Positions 56,582 through 64,000 of a DNA stretch of 64,000 nucleotides are shown here, piece after piece (positions within the stretch are counted from its first letter, which is position 1; the number at the start of each line of letters is the position of its first letter). This DNA comes from an uncultured Syntrophomonadaceae bacterium (GTDB lineage: Bacteria > Bacillota > Dethiobacteria > DTU022), in assembly GCA_964506505.1 (NCBI GenBank), contig CAZDKY010000005.1, positions 33,880 to 97,879 of the forward strand, read 5' to 3'. A program made the translations under genes and the position numbers. The notes under the pieces were generated by a model. That model was not told the DNA's origin and did no database searches. It saw only the letters and a list, made by a program, of their open reading frames with translations.

Positions 56582-58045
56582 CTATTTCTTTTCCCAGCGC
56601 AGAACAGGATTGCGAGCCGCCTGTACCTCATCGAGCCGCCCGACTACCGTGTTGTAGGGCCCGTGGGCTACCTTTTCAGCATCCTCATCAATATCCTTTG
56701 CAATTTCCGTCATCACTTCGGCGAAAGCATCAAGGGTTTCCTTCGTTTCCGTTTCAGTTGGTTCGATCATTAACGCATCTTCCACTATCAGCGGGAAATA
56801 GACAGTCGGCGGATGAAAACCGCGGTCCAAAAGCGCCTTGGCAATATCTCCGGCACCTGCACCTTTCTTTTTCTCCGGTTTGGCCGAGAGGACAAATTCG
56901 TGCTTGCAAATTCGGTCATAGGGCAGCCAGTAGTTTTTCTTCAGCAGGTTCATCAGGTAATTGGCATTTAATACAGCATCCCCCGAAGCCTGCTTCAGGC
57001 CTTCCGCACCCATCATCCGCAGATAAGTATAGGCTTTTACGACTACCCCAAAGTTTCCATAAAAGGAATGCATTTTGCCAATGCTTTCAGGTAAATCGTA
57101 ATTAAAAAAGAACTGATCATTTTTGTTATCAACCAGAGGGACAGGCAGGAAAGGAATCAACCTCTCTTTGACTCCCACCGGGCCACTGCCCGGGCCACCG
57201 CCGCCGTGGGGGGTGGACATAGTTTTATGGAGGTTGAGATGGACAACATCAAAACCCATGTCACCGGGACGGATGTAGCCCATAATCGCATTCATGTTCG
57301 CTCCGTCATAATAGAGGAGCCCACCCGCTTCATGGACTGTTCTGGCAATGGCCACGATATCTTCTTCAAACAGGCCCAGTGTGCTCGGGTTGGTCAGCAT
57401 CAGGGCAGAGGTATTTTCATCCACCGCCTCTTTCAAAGCTTCCAGGTCCACCAGGCCGCGTTCGTCACATGGCACCTGCACCACCTCGTAGCCGGCCATA
57501 CTGACCGTGGCCGGGTTTGTGCCGTGCGCTGACAGCGGGATGATCACGCGGTTGCGATTGCTGTCACCGCGGTGGCGGTGATAGGCCTGGATAACCATCA
57601 AACCGGTCAGCTCGCCGTGCGCGCCAGCAGCCGGCTGCAATGTAAAACGATCCATGCCGGTCAGCTCTATCAGCTCCTGCTCCATCTTATAGAGCAGTTC
57701 AAGAGCTCCCTGGACCGTTTCTTCCGGCTGGCAGGGATGCAGCAGGGAAAATCCGGGCAGGGCAGCAGTTTCCTCGTTAACTTTCGGATTATATTTCATG
57801 GTGCAAGACCCGAGAGGATAGAACCCTGTATCCACACCGAAATTGCGGGTCGAAAGCTCCGTGAAATGGCGGATGATTTCTCCTTCCGATAGTTCAGGCA
57901 GATCAAGGGGTTCGCTGCGCTGCTGTTTTTCGGGGATAAGTTCGGCCAGCGGCTTCTCCGGGACATCACAATCGGGCAGAGAATAACCCCGGCGGCCTGG
58001 CCGGCTCATTTCAAATAACAGTGCTTTCGGCTTTCTCATCGCCAT
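56582..58045 (-). CDS. gcvPB: glycine dehydrogenase (decarboxylating) subunit 2
   Basis: LIFE-type start ([14 protein letters not shown]) and [19 protein letters not shown]-lysine motif. The likely start is the ATG at 58039, which overlaps the gcvPA stop. Confidence 0.95.
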   Translation of the reverse strand: MAMRKPKALLFEMSRPGRRGYSLPDCDVPEKPLAELIPEKQQRSEPLDLPELSEGEIIRHFTELSTRNFGVDTGFYPLGSCTMKYNPKVNEETAALPGFSLLHPCQPEETVQGALELLYKMEQELIELTGMDRFTLQPAAGAHGELTGLMVIQAYHRHRGDSNRNRVIIPLSAHGTNPATVSMAGYEVVQVPCDERGLVDLEALKEAVDENTSALMLTNPSTLGLFEEDIVAIARTVHEAGGLLYYDGANMNAIMGYIRPGDMGFDVVHLNLHKTMSTPHGGGGPGSGPVGVKERLIPFLPVPLVDNKNDQFFFNYDLPESIGKMHSFYGNFGVVVKAYTYLRMMGAEGLKQASGDAVLNANYLMNLLKKNYWLPYDRICKHEFVLSAKPEKKKGAGAGDIAKALLDRGFHPPTVYFPLIVEDALMIEPTETETKETLDAFAEVMTEIAKDIDEDAEKVAHGPYNTVVGRLDEVQAARNPVLRWEKK

Positions 58046-59385
58046 CCCTCCAGTTCACGAACCAGGTTATCGATCTCCTCGCCGGTCCGTTTTTCAGTCA
58101 CGGTAAAAAGCATGGTCTGTTTCAATTCCGGGTAGAAAGGTTCCAGATCCACTCCCCCAAGGATGTTTTTCTCAAGCAGGGCGCAATTTAAATCGGCCGG
58201 TTTCCCGGGCACTTTAACAGCAAATTCTTTAAAACAGCGACCCGGAAAAACTTCTTCATAACCCTTCAGGGCACAGATTTTTCCCCTGGCATAAGCTGCT
58301 TTCTGGATGCATTGCTCGGCCACTTCGCGCATTCCCTGCCGGCCGAGGGTGGACATATATATAGAAGCCGCCAGGGCAACCAGGGCTTGATTGGAACAGA
58401 TGTTGGAAGCGGCCTTTTCCCGCCTGATATGCTGTTCCCTTGTTTGAAGAGTCAGGACATAGCCCCTGTTTCCTTCGCTGTCCACCGTTTCACCGGCAAT
58501 CCGACCCGGCATCTGGCGAACAAATTTCTGACGGGCAGCAATAATGCCCAGCGCAGGACCGCCGAAGGACGAAGGCACCCCGAGGCTCTGCCCCTCGCCG
58601 ACGACAATATCGGCCCCGTATTCAGAAGGAGTCTGCAGCAAAGGCAGAGAAATGGGGTCGGCGCAGACAACCAGGGCCGCTTTCTGGTCGTGAATTAGAT
58701 CGGCCAAACCTTCGGTTTCTTCAATAAGGCCGAAAAAATTGGGCTGCTGCACTACAACCGAAGCGGTTTCGCCATCTACCATTTCGGCGAGTTTTTCCAG
58801 ATCCGTACAGCCGTCTTTCAGGGGAATTTCCTCCAGGGCCAGACCGCGGCTGTCATAATAGTTGGCCATGATTGCCCGGTAGAAGGGGCTGACCGAACGC
58901 GATACCAGTACTTTGGAACGCCTGGTTGCTCCGCAGCCCATGATTGCTCCCTCGGTAACGGCAGTGCCCCCGTCATACATGGAAGCATTAGCCACGTCCA
59001 TGCCGGTTAACTGGCAGATCATAGTTTGGTATTCAAAAATTGCCTGCAGGATGCCCTGGCTCACTTCCGGCTGGTAAGGAGTGTAGGAAGTGTAAAATTC
59101 ACTGCGTCCAATTACATGTTTGACTACAGAAGGGATAAAATGATCATAGATACCCGCCCCCATGAATGAAACACAGCTGTCGGTATGCCTGTTCTTGGCC
59201 GCCAGTTCACTTAAATGTTTCAGTACCTCCGATTCCGACAGGGCCGGAGATAAGGCCAGCTCTCCTTTTACTCTCACTCGTGAGGGTATATCACTGAAGA
59301 GATCCTCCATTGATCGGGCTCCGATCGCAGCAAGCATCTCCTTCCTGTCTTCATCGGTCAGGGGCAGGTAATGTTTGCCACCCAT
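58036..59385 (-). CDS. gcvPA: glycine dehydrogenase (decarboxylating) subunit 1
   Basis: [13 protein letters not shown] start and [15 protein letters not shown] motif. Confidence 0.95.
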   Translation of the reverse strand: MGGKHYLPLTDEDRKEMLAAIGARSMEDLFSDIPSRVRVKGELALSPALSESEVLKHLSELAAKNRHTDSCVSFMGAGIYDHFIPSVVKHVIGRSEFYTSYTPYQPEVSQGILQAIFEYQTMICQLTGMDVANASMYDGGTAVTEGAIMGCGATRRSKVLVSRSVSPFYRAIMANYYDSRGLALEEIPLKDGCTDLEKLAEMVDGETASVVVQQPNFFGLIEETEGLADLIHDQKAALVVCADPISLPLLQTPSEYGADIVVGEGQSLGVPSSFGGPALGIIAARQKFVRQMPGRIAGETVDSEGNRGYVLTLQTREQHIRREKAASNICSNQALVALAASIYMSTLGRQGMREVAEQCIQKAAYARGKICALKGYEEVFPGRCFKEFAVKVPGKPADLNCALLEKNILGGVDLEPFYPELKQTMLFTVTEKRTGEEIDNLVRELEGWR

Positions 59386-59388
59386 AGG

Positions 59389-59787
59389 CTACTCCTCCTC
59401 CTCTGCGACAAAGACTTCATAAGCCTTCTTGTCCATTAGTACCTCCAGCTGGTTTCCGTCCTTGATTTCAACCTTGTAGACCCAGCCTTCGCCATAGGGA
59501 TCCGAATTAATCAGCTCGGGCTGATCGAGCAGCTCTTCATTTACTTCAATTACTTTTCCATCAATGGGCGCATAAAGATCGGCCACCGCCTTAACCGATT
59601 CGATTACGGCCGAACTCTTGCCCGCTTCTACTACCGCACCCACTTCGGGGAGTTCCACAAAGACAATTTCCCCCAGTTTATCCTGGGCATAATCCGAAAG
59701 TCCCACTTTTGCTGTTTCGCCCTCCGGGCGTACCCACTCATGCTTCTGGGTGTACCTTACGCCGTCAACAATCTTGTAATCCATCAT
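59389..59787 (-). CDS. gcvH: glycine cleavage system H protein
   Basis: 132 aa with the lipoyl-lysine motif VIESVKAVADLYAP. Confidence 0.95.
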   Translation of the reverse strand: MMDYKIVDGVRYTQKHEWVRPEGETAKVGLSDYAQDKLGEIVFVELPEVGAVVEAGKSSAVIESVKAVADLYAPIDGKVIEVNEELLDQPELINSDPYGEGWVYKVEIKDGNQLEVLMDKKAYEVFVAEEEE

Positions 59788-60887
59788 TTTTCCCTCCTGT
59801 AAAAAGGCAATTTTGTTGTCCGCGCCCGGTATGAACGGCTGCGGATTACAACCTTCAGTTCTTCGTTCGCCTTCACCACTTCAGGATCGAGGAAAGCCAT
59901 GGCAATAAATTTATCCAGGGTCGGTGAATATGAACCACTGCTGACCCAGCCAATTTCCTCTTCCCCTGCTGTAACAGGGTAACCTTCACGCGGCACTCCA
60001 CGCTCAAGCATTTCCAGGCCAAAAAGCAACCTGTTCATCCCTTCCTGCTTCTGCCTGCGCAGCGCTTCCTGCCCAATGAAAGAAACAGGCTTTTCCAGTG
60101 CTACGAAGCGGTCCAGACGCGCCTGCAGGGGGGTGATTCCCCTTTCCAGTTCATGGCCGTAAAGAGGCATCGCCGCTTCCAACCGCAGCACATCCCTGGC
60201 ACCCAGGCCGGCAGGACTCAGATCATACTTTTGGCCTGCTTCCCATAAAGCATCCCCGAGAGAATAAGCCTTATCATTGGAACAGTAAATTTCGAAACCA
60301 TCTTCTCCAGTGTATCCGGTTCGCGAAACAATGCACTTCACCCCGGCCACAGCAACATCTTTCTTGAAGTGGTAGTATTTCATCTCTGCCAGCGGCTCAG
60401 CGGTAATCTGCTGCATGATGGCCACACTTTCCGGCCCCTGCAGGGCCAGCTGGGCAAAATGAGGTGACAGGTTCTGCAGATCAACATCGCCGGAAAGGTT
60501 TTCCAGGAACCAGTCATAATCTTTGTCTGTATTGGCCGCATTAACCACCAGGAAAAAGCTTTCGGCGTTGATTCGATAAACAAGGATGTCGTCCACCACA
60601 CCCCCGTCGGGATAACAAACAGGGCTATAGATGATTGCTCCGTCCTTCAATCCAGAAATGTCGTTGGTAACAACCTTCTGCAGGAAAGCTTCCGCATCTT
60701 TCCCCTCGACGCTAACCTCCCCCATGTGTGAGACATCAAAAAGCGTTGCTTTCCGACGGGTAGCATGGACTTCTTCCACCAGCCCCTGTGGGAACTGCAC
60801 CGGCAGGAGCCAACCGCTGTAGTCAACAATTTTTCCTTCCAGGGCAACGTGCTTTTCATAAAACGGGGTCTTCTTCGCTTCATTCAT
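59784..60887 (-). CDS. gcvT: glycine cleavage system aminomethyltransferase T
   Basis: KKTPFYEKH start, LFDVSHMGE, and RTGYTGEDGFEI motifs. Confidence 0.95.
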   Translation of the reverse strand: MNEAKKTPFYEKHVALEGKIVDYSGWLLPVQFPQGLVEEVHATRRKATLFDVSHMGEVSVEGKDAEAFLQKVVTNDISGLKDGAIIYSPVCYPDGGVVDDILVYRINAESFFLVVNAANTDKDYDWFLENLSGDVDLQNLSPHFAQLALQGPESVAIMQQITAEPLAEMKYYHFKKDVAVAGVKCIVSRTGYTGEDGFEIYCSNDKAYSLGDALWEAGQKYDLSPAGLGARDVLRLEAAMPLYGHELERGITPLQARLDRFVALEKPVSFIGQEALRRQKQEGMNRLLFGLEMLERGVPREGYPVTAGEEEIGWVSSGSYSPTLDKFIAMAFLDPEVVKANEELKVVIRSRSYRARTTKLPFYRREK

Positions 60888-60920
60888 CAGTCATATCATC
60901 CTCCTTTCAATTTCCTCTCA

Positions 60921-60960
60921 TAAAATAAAAAGAACAGAGCAAGCCAAACGGCTTAGCTCT
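60921..60960 (-). terminator. terminator hairpin forming the expression platform of the glycine riboswitch
   Basis: Minus-strand stem AGAGCUAAGCC / GGCUUGCUCU (one bulge) followed by GUUCUUUUUAUUUUA, about 35 nt before the gcvT start. Confidence 0.65.
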
Positions 60961-61146
60961 GTCCCTGCTACCTGAGAGATTGCCCTCTAAATAATTAGGA
61001 GGCCTTTCCCCGTCGGTGCCCCGCCGCAGCGAGTTCTCTCCAGAGTTTCATCCCCCGATGGTACTGAAGCCTGAGAGTTTCCCCTTCGCCTGCCGGGCGA
61101 AAAGTTGCTCCTTCGGCGTCCACTATTCGGACTCTCCCATCAGGAT
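60961..61146 (-). promoter_or_regulatory. tandem glycine riboswitch (two aptamers)
   Basis: Minus strand reads GGGAGAG...GACGCCGAAGGAGCAA...CTCAGGC, then CTGGAGAG...GCACCGACGGGGAAA...CTCAGGT...GGACAG. This is the GGAGAG / CACCGAAGGGGCAA / CTCAGG core, present twice. Confidence 0.88.
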
Positions 61147-61297
61147 CATCTGTCATATTAAATTATGCGCTTTTGATTCGCCATGAAAAACAAAATTCCT
61201 TCTTACTTCAGAAAAAAATTCACAATTAATCCGCTTTCTTTTACAAATAAGTTAATCTTAAGTGGACAGGCTTGATTTCGTTAACTTATTTCGGTTA

Positions 61298-62152
61298 TCA
61301 GGCTTGACCCGAAGAACCGAAGAGACGAATCTTTTCACGGATGATATCGACCGCCGCTTCACGGGCCGGGCCGAGGACTTTGCGGGGATCGATTTCCTTC
61401 GGATTTTCCTCCAGCACTTTCCGCATCGCTCCGACAAAGACTTCCCGGATATTTGTGTCAATATTAATTTTGCGTGCTCCTCGTTCAATTGCTTTCCTGA
61501 TACTCTCATCCGGCACACCGGAAGAACCGTGCAGGACGATGGGGCAGGGCACTCTCCTGCTGATTTCAGCCAGGCGGTCGAAATCGAGCTTCGGTTCACC
61601 TTTATACTGGCCGTGGGCGGTCCCCACTGCCACTGCCAGGGCATCCACTCCCGTTTCCCTGGCAAAGTGTTCCGCTTCTGCCGGGTCAGTGAAAAAGGCT
61701 TCAGCCTCACTGACGCTGACCTGGTCCTCTGTCCCACCAATGCGGTCCAACTCGGCTTCCACCGACACGCCGAATATGCGTGCTATTTCCACCACCTTGC
61801 GGGTCTGAGCAATGTTTTCTTCCAGCGGCAGCTTCGATCCGTCATACATTACCGAAGTAAAACCGAAGCGGATGCAAGCCATGACCTGCTCAAAACTGGT
61901 CCCGTGATCCAGGTGAAGGACAACAGGCACAGAAACACTTTCGGCCGCCTGCCGAACCAGAATAATAATATAGTCCAGGCCGGCATACTTTATGGCGCCC
62001 TGACTGGCCTGGATGATAACCGGTGAGCGCTCCTCTTCAGCAGCCGTGACAATGCTCTGCATGATCTCCATGTTGTTGCAATTAAATGCACCGAGGGCAT
62101 AACCGCCCCGGTCGGCTTCCTGAATTAAATCAGTCTATGGTACCAAAGCCAT
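61298..62152 (-). CDS. fba: class II fructose-1,6-bisphosphate aldolase, interrupted by an in-frame TAG at codon 6 (62135-62137)
   Basis: The uninterrupted ORF 61298-62071 carries the class II FBA motifs (LHLDHG, VMYDGS, LHGSSG). The same frame upstream reads GGAGG-7nt-ATG(62152) MALVP-TAG-TDLIQEADRGGYALGAFNCNN, which is the normal family N-terminus. Confidence 0.85.
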
Positions 62153-62270
62153 AATAAAGCCTCCTGTTCAAGATTTGATAGTTTGGTCTGATAAATACTG
62201 CCTTTTTATAGCATCCAGCACTACCATCACTACTAAGATACTCCATCTGTTTGAATACTTCCAGATTTAT

Positions 62271-62627
62271 TTAAAGGGCCCGGGTCCCCTGGGGAACCAC
62301 ACAGATGAAATCGAGCTTTTCACCACCGCAGATAAAATGATGCTGTTCCCCGGGGGCAACAAAGACAGCATCGCCCGGTTTGAGATCTCTTTCTCCATCT
62401 TCGCTGCGGCACTTTCCCTTTCCTGCCACAATGAAAACCTCATGTTCCCAGTCGTGGCTGTGCCAGTCGGTGGTCACATCGCCCATAAGTGAAAAATAGC
62501 GCATCTCGAAATTCGGCGCACCCTCCGGTTCCCCCAGCAACCAGCGGACAGTAACCCGCCCTTTCTCTTTCATATTATCGGGAGTAATATCAATTTCTTC
62601 CGTTTTTTTAAGATCAGTAGTGTACAT
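62271..62627 (-). CDS. cupin-domain protein
   Basis: 118 aa with the cupin metal motifs HSHDWEHEVF and GDAVFVAPGEQH. Confidence 0.75.
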   Translation of the reverse strand: MYTTDLKKTEEIDITPDNMKEKGRVTVRWLLGEPEGAPNFEMRYFSLMGDVTTDWHSHDWEHEVFIVAGKGKCRSEDGERDLKPGDAVFVAPGEQHHFICGGEKLDFICVVPQGTRAL

Positions 62628-62684
62628 TTTAAAACCTCTCTTTCAATCAAAATTCTCATCCCGGGCTTTCGGCCCGCAAACTTT

Positions 62685-63536
62685 TCAGGCAAGCTCAGCC
62701 AGAACAAAGTCGGCCAGACTGCGCGGTTCGCGCCCGAGAAGCCGCTGCAGGGCGTTGCTGTTTCCCCACAGCCCGTAATGCGCGTAGTATTTAAACATCC
62801 TGGGCAGCGTCTCCAGGGCATAACCTTCCAGGCCCATTTCCGAAGCCTTACGCCGCCAGGTTTTCAGGTCTGTTTCTGCGGCTGTTACTTCCCGCTGCAG
62901 AGCCTTACCGATTGCAGCAGCAATTTCCGCCTGGGTCAGAGCCCCTGTTCCTGCCAGCTCATAAATTGCCCCTTCGTGTCCCGGGTCAAGCAAAACAGAA
63001 GCCGCCACTTCACCAACATCGGTAAGATCGACCATACTGAGGAGGGTCCCGGGTGGATAAGGCACCGTATAAGTGCCTTTTTCCATGATCTCTTTACGGA
63101 ATGCAAGGATGTTCTGCATATACGGCGCAGGTTGAAGGATGGTATAGGAAAGGCCTGATTCGAAAATCATTTCTTCAACCCGCATCTTCTGCCAGTGATG
63201 AGGCATCTTCTCTGTATGAGGATGGAGGACGGAATGATAAACGAAATGCTCCACTTTTCCGGCCCGACCGGCTTCAAGAGCCAGGTGCCCAATTTCTCTT
63301 TCCTGCGGGTGCATGTTGGGGCAAATGTGGTAAACCGCCCGGACGCCTTTCATCGCTTGCAGTAAACTGCCAGCCTCTGTCATATCTCCGACAACTGCCT
63401 CCACAGCCCCCTTATGGAGCAGTTCATCGGCCTGTTCCTGCCTGCGGGCCAGCACCCGCGTTTCCGCCCCGCGGCGGGCCAGCGCTCCGAGCACTGCCCG
63501 GCCGGTCTTGCCGGCCGCCCCGGTTATTAGAATCAT
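62685..63536 (-). CDS. NmrA-like / atypical SDR NAD(P)-binding protein
   Basis: MILITGAAGKTG Rossmann start at 63536; the ORF track begins at TTG 63605. About 283 aa. Confidence 0.75.
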   Translation of the reverse strand: MILITGAAGKTGRAVLGALARRGAETRVLARRQEQADELLHKGAVEAVVGDMTEAGSLLQAMKGVRAVYHICPNMHPQEREIGHLALEAGRAGKVEHFVYHSVLHPHTEKMPHHWQKMRVEEMIFESGLSYTILQPAPYMQNILAFRKEIMEKGTYTVPYPPGTLLSMVDLTDVGEVAASVLLDPGHEGAIYELAGTGALTQAEIAAAIGKALQREVTAAETDLKTWRRKASEMGLEGYALETLPRMFKYYAHYGLWGNSNALQRLLGREPRSLADFVLAELA

Positions 63537-63659
63537 AACGCTTACTCCTTTTCTTCGGCTAAATTTCTTAACCCTCGAAAAGCCCTTTATACTTTCGCCT
63601 GTCAAACAGTAAAGTTCCTGCCCGGCATCTTTTTATCACTGTTCATTATACCATTTAGG

Positions 63660-64000
63660 TTACAAAAGCTTCTCCAGGGGGACATATTCGCAGTCCAGGG
63701 ATCCGGCAACCACTTCATGGACAATATTTCCTTTGTAAGTATTCACTCCCCGGGCCAGTTCAGGATTAACTTTTACAGCTTCAACAAACCCAAGTTTGGC
63801 AATCTTCAAAGCATATGGAAGGGTGGCATTGGTTAAGGCAAGGGTCGAAGTACGGGGAACAGCTCCCGGTATATTGGCAACACTGTAGTGAATAACTCCA
63901 TGTTTTACTACAATCGGGTTACTATGGGTCGTCGGGGTGTTACACGTTTCAATACATCCGCCCTGATCAATGGCCACATCAACCACCACAGATCCCTGTT
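63660..64000 (-). CDS. ald: alanine dehydrogenase, C-terminal part (5' end beyond the window)
   Basis: VVDVAIDQGGC...HYSVANIPGAVPRTST is the conserved Ald/PNT C-terminal region. The frame is open to the window edge. Confidence 0.85.
   Translation of the reverse strand, partial: QGSVVVDVAIDQGGCIETCNTPTTHSNPIVVKHGVIHYSVANIPGAVPRTSTLALTNATLPYALKIAKLGFVEAVKVNPELARGVNTYKGNIVHEVVAGSLDCEYVPLEKLL

Noticed and set aside
56440-56631. 63-aa ORF in the gcvPB-to-radical-SAM spacer.
   Set aside because: It overlaps the 3' end of gcvPB and a hairpin. It has no RBS and no motif. The spacer is more likely regulatory.
1-64000. Looked for mobile elements, prophage, toxin-antitoxin or defence-system signatures (integrase, transposase, nuclease/helicase, Cas, restriction-modification).
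   Set aside because: None of the translated ORFs shows such motifs. Gene content is housekeeping or metabolic, and the strong minus-strand bias is uninterrupted.

Overview
The window looks like a chromosomal segment from a Gram-positive anaerobe, probably Clostridia-like. Supporting this are the hrcA-grpE-dnaK-dnaJ order behind a perfect CIRCE operator, GGAGG-type ribosome-binding sites, many 4-nt start/stop overlaps and several Fe-S/ferredoxin-type proteins. I count about 65 protein genes, and roughly 55 of them are on the minus strand. I saw no rRNA, tRNA, CRISPR array, transposase, integrase or phage gene. Content from left to right: (1) a HAD hydrolase; (2) mtaB and rsmE; (3) the heat-shock operon; (4) an Rrf2-nifS-nifU Fe-S module; (5) csp, acpS and a short-type aconitase; (6) an ApgM-family proposed homoserine kinase divergent from thrC; (7) an ECF sigma / anti-sigma / beta-helix membrane-protein trio; (8) serA followed by glutaredoxin-like, ferredoxin-thioredoxin-reductase-like and DapF-fold genes; (9) two DUF362 paralogs; (10) a translationally coupled GT2 / CrtO-like / hexapeptide-repeat (LbH) / nucleotidyltransferase-like / nagB cassette; (11) an M20 amidohydrolase and a diguanylate cyclase; (12) an orphan histidine kinase coupled to ltaE; (13) a DASS permease; (14) a TPP-riboswitch-controlled thiamine/HMP salvage ABC operon and thiN; (15) an aminotransferase, CBS, Sir2 and HAD genes; (16) an AsnB homolog lacking the catalytic Cys; (17) an about 13-kb co-directional block, described below; (18) class II fba carrying an in-frame TAG at codon 6; (19) a cupin gene, an NmrA-like gene and a truncated ald. 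The 13-kb block starts with a tandem glycine riboswitch and runs gcvT-gcvH-gcvPA-gcvPB, two radical-SAM genes of LipS1/LipS2 type, a lipoate-ligase-family gene, lpd, an ATP-NAD-kinase-like gene and a NuoE/NuoF/short-NuoG flavin/Fe-S module with no catalytic partner. The best candidates for new biology are that orphan NuoEF(G') module attached to the glycine-cleavage/lipoylation block, the amber-interrupted fba, the Cys-less AsnB homolog, the serA-linked redox/epimerase trio and the glycolipid-like cassette. All functional calls come from reading motifs in the supplied translations. No database search was run.
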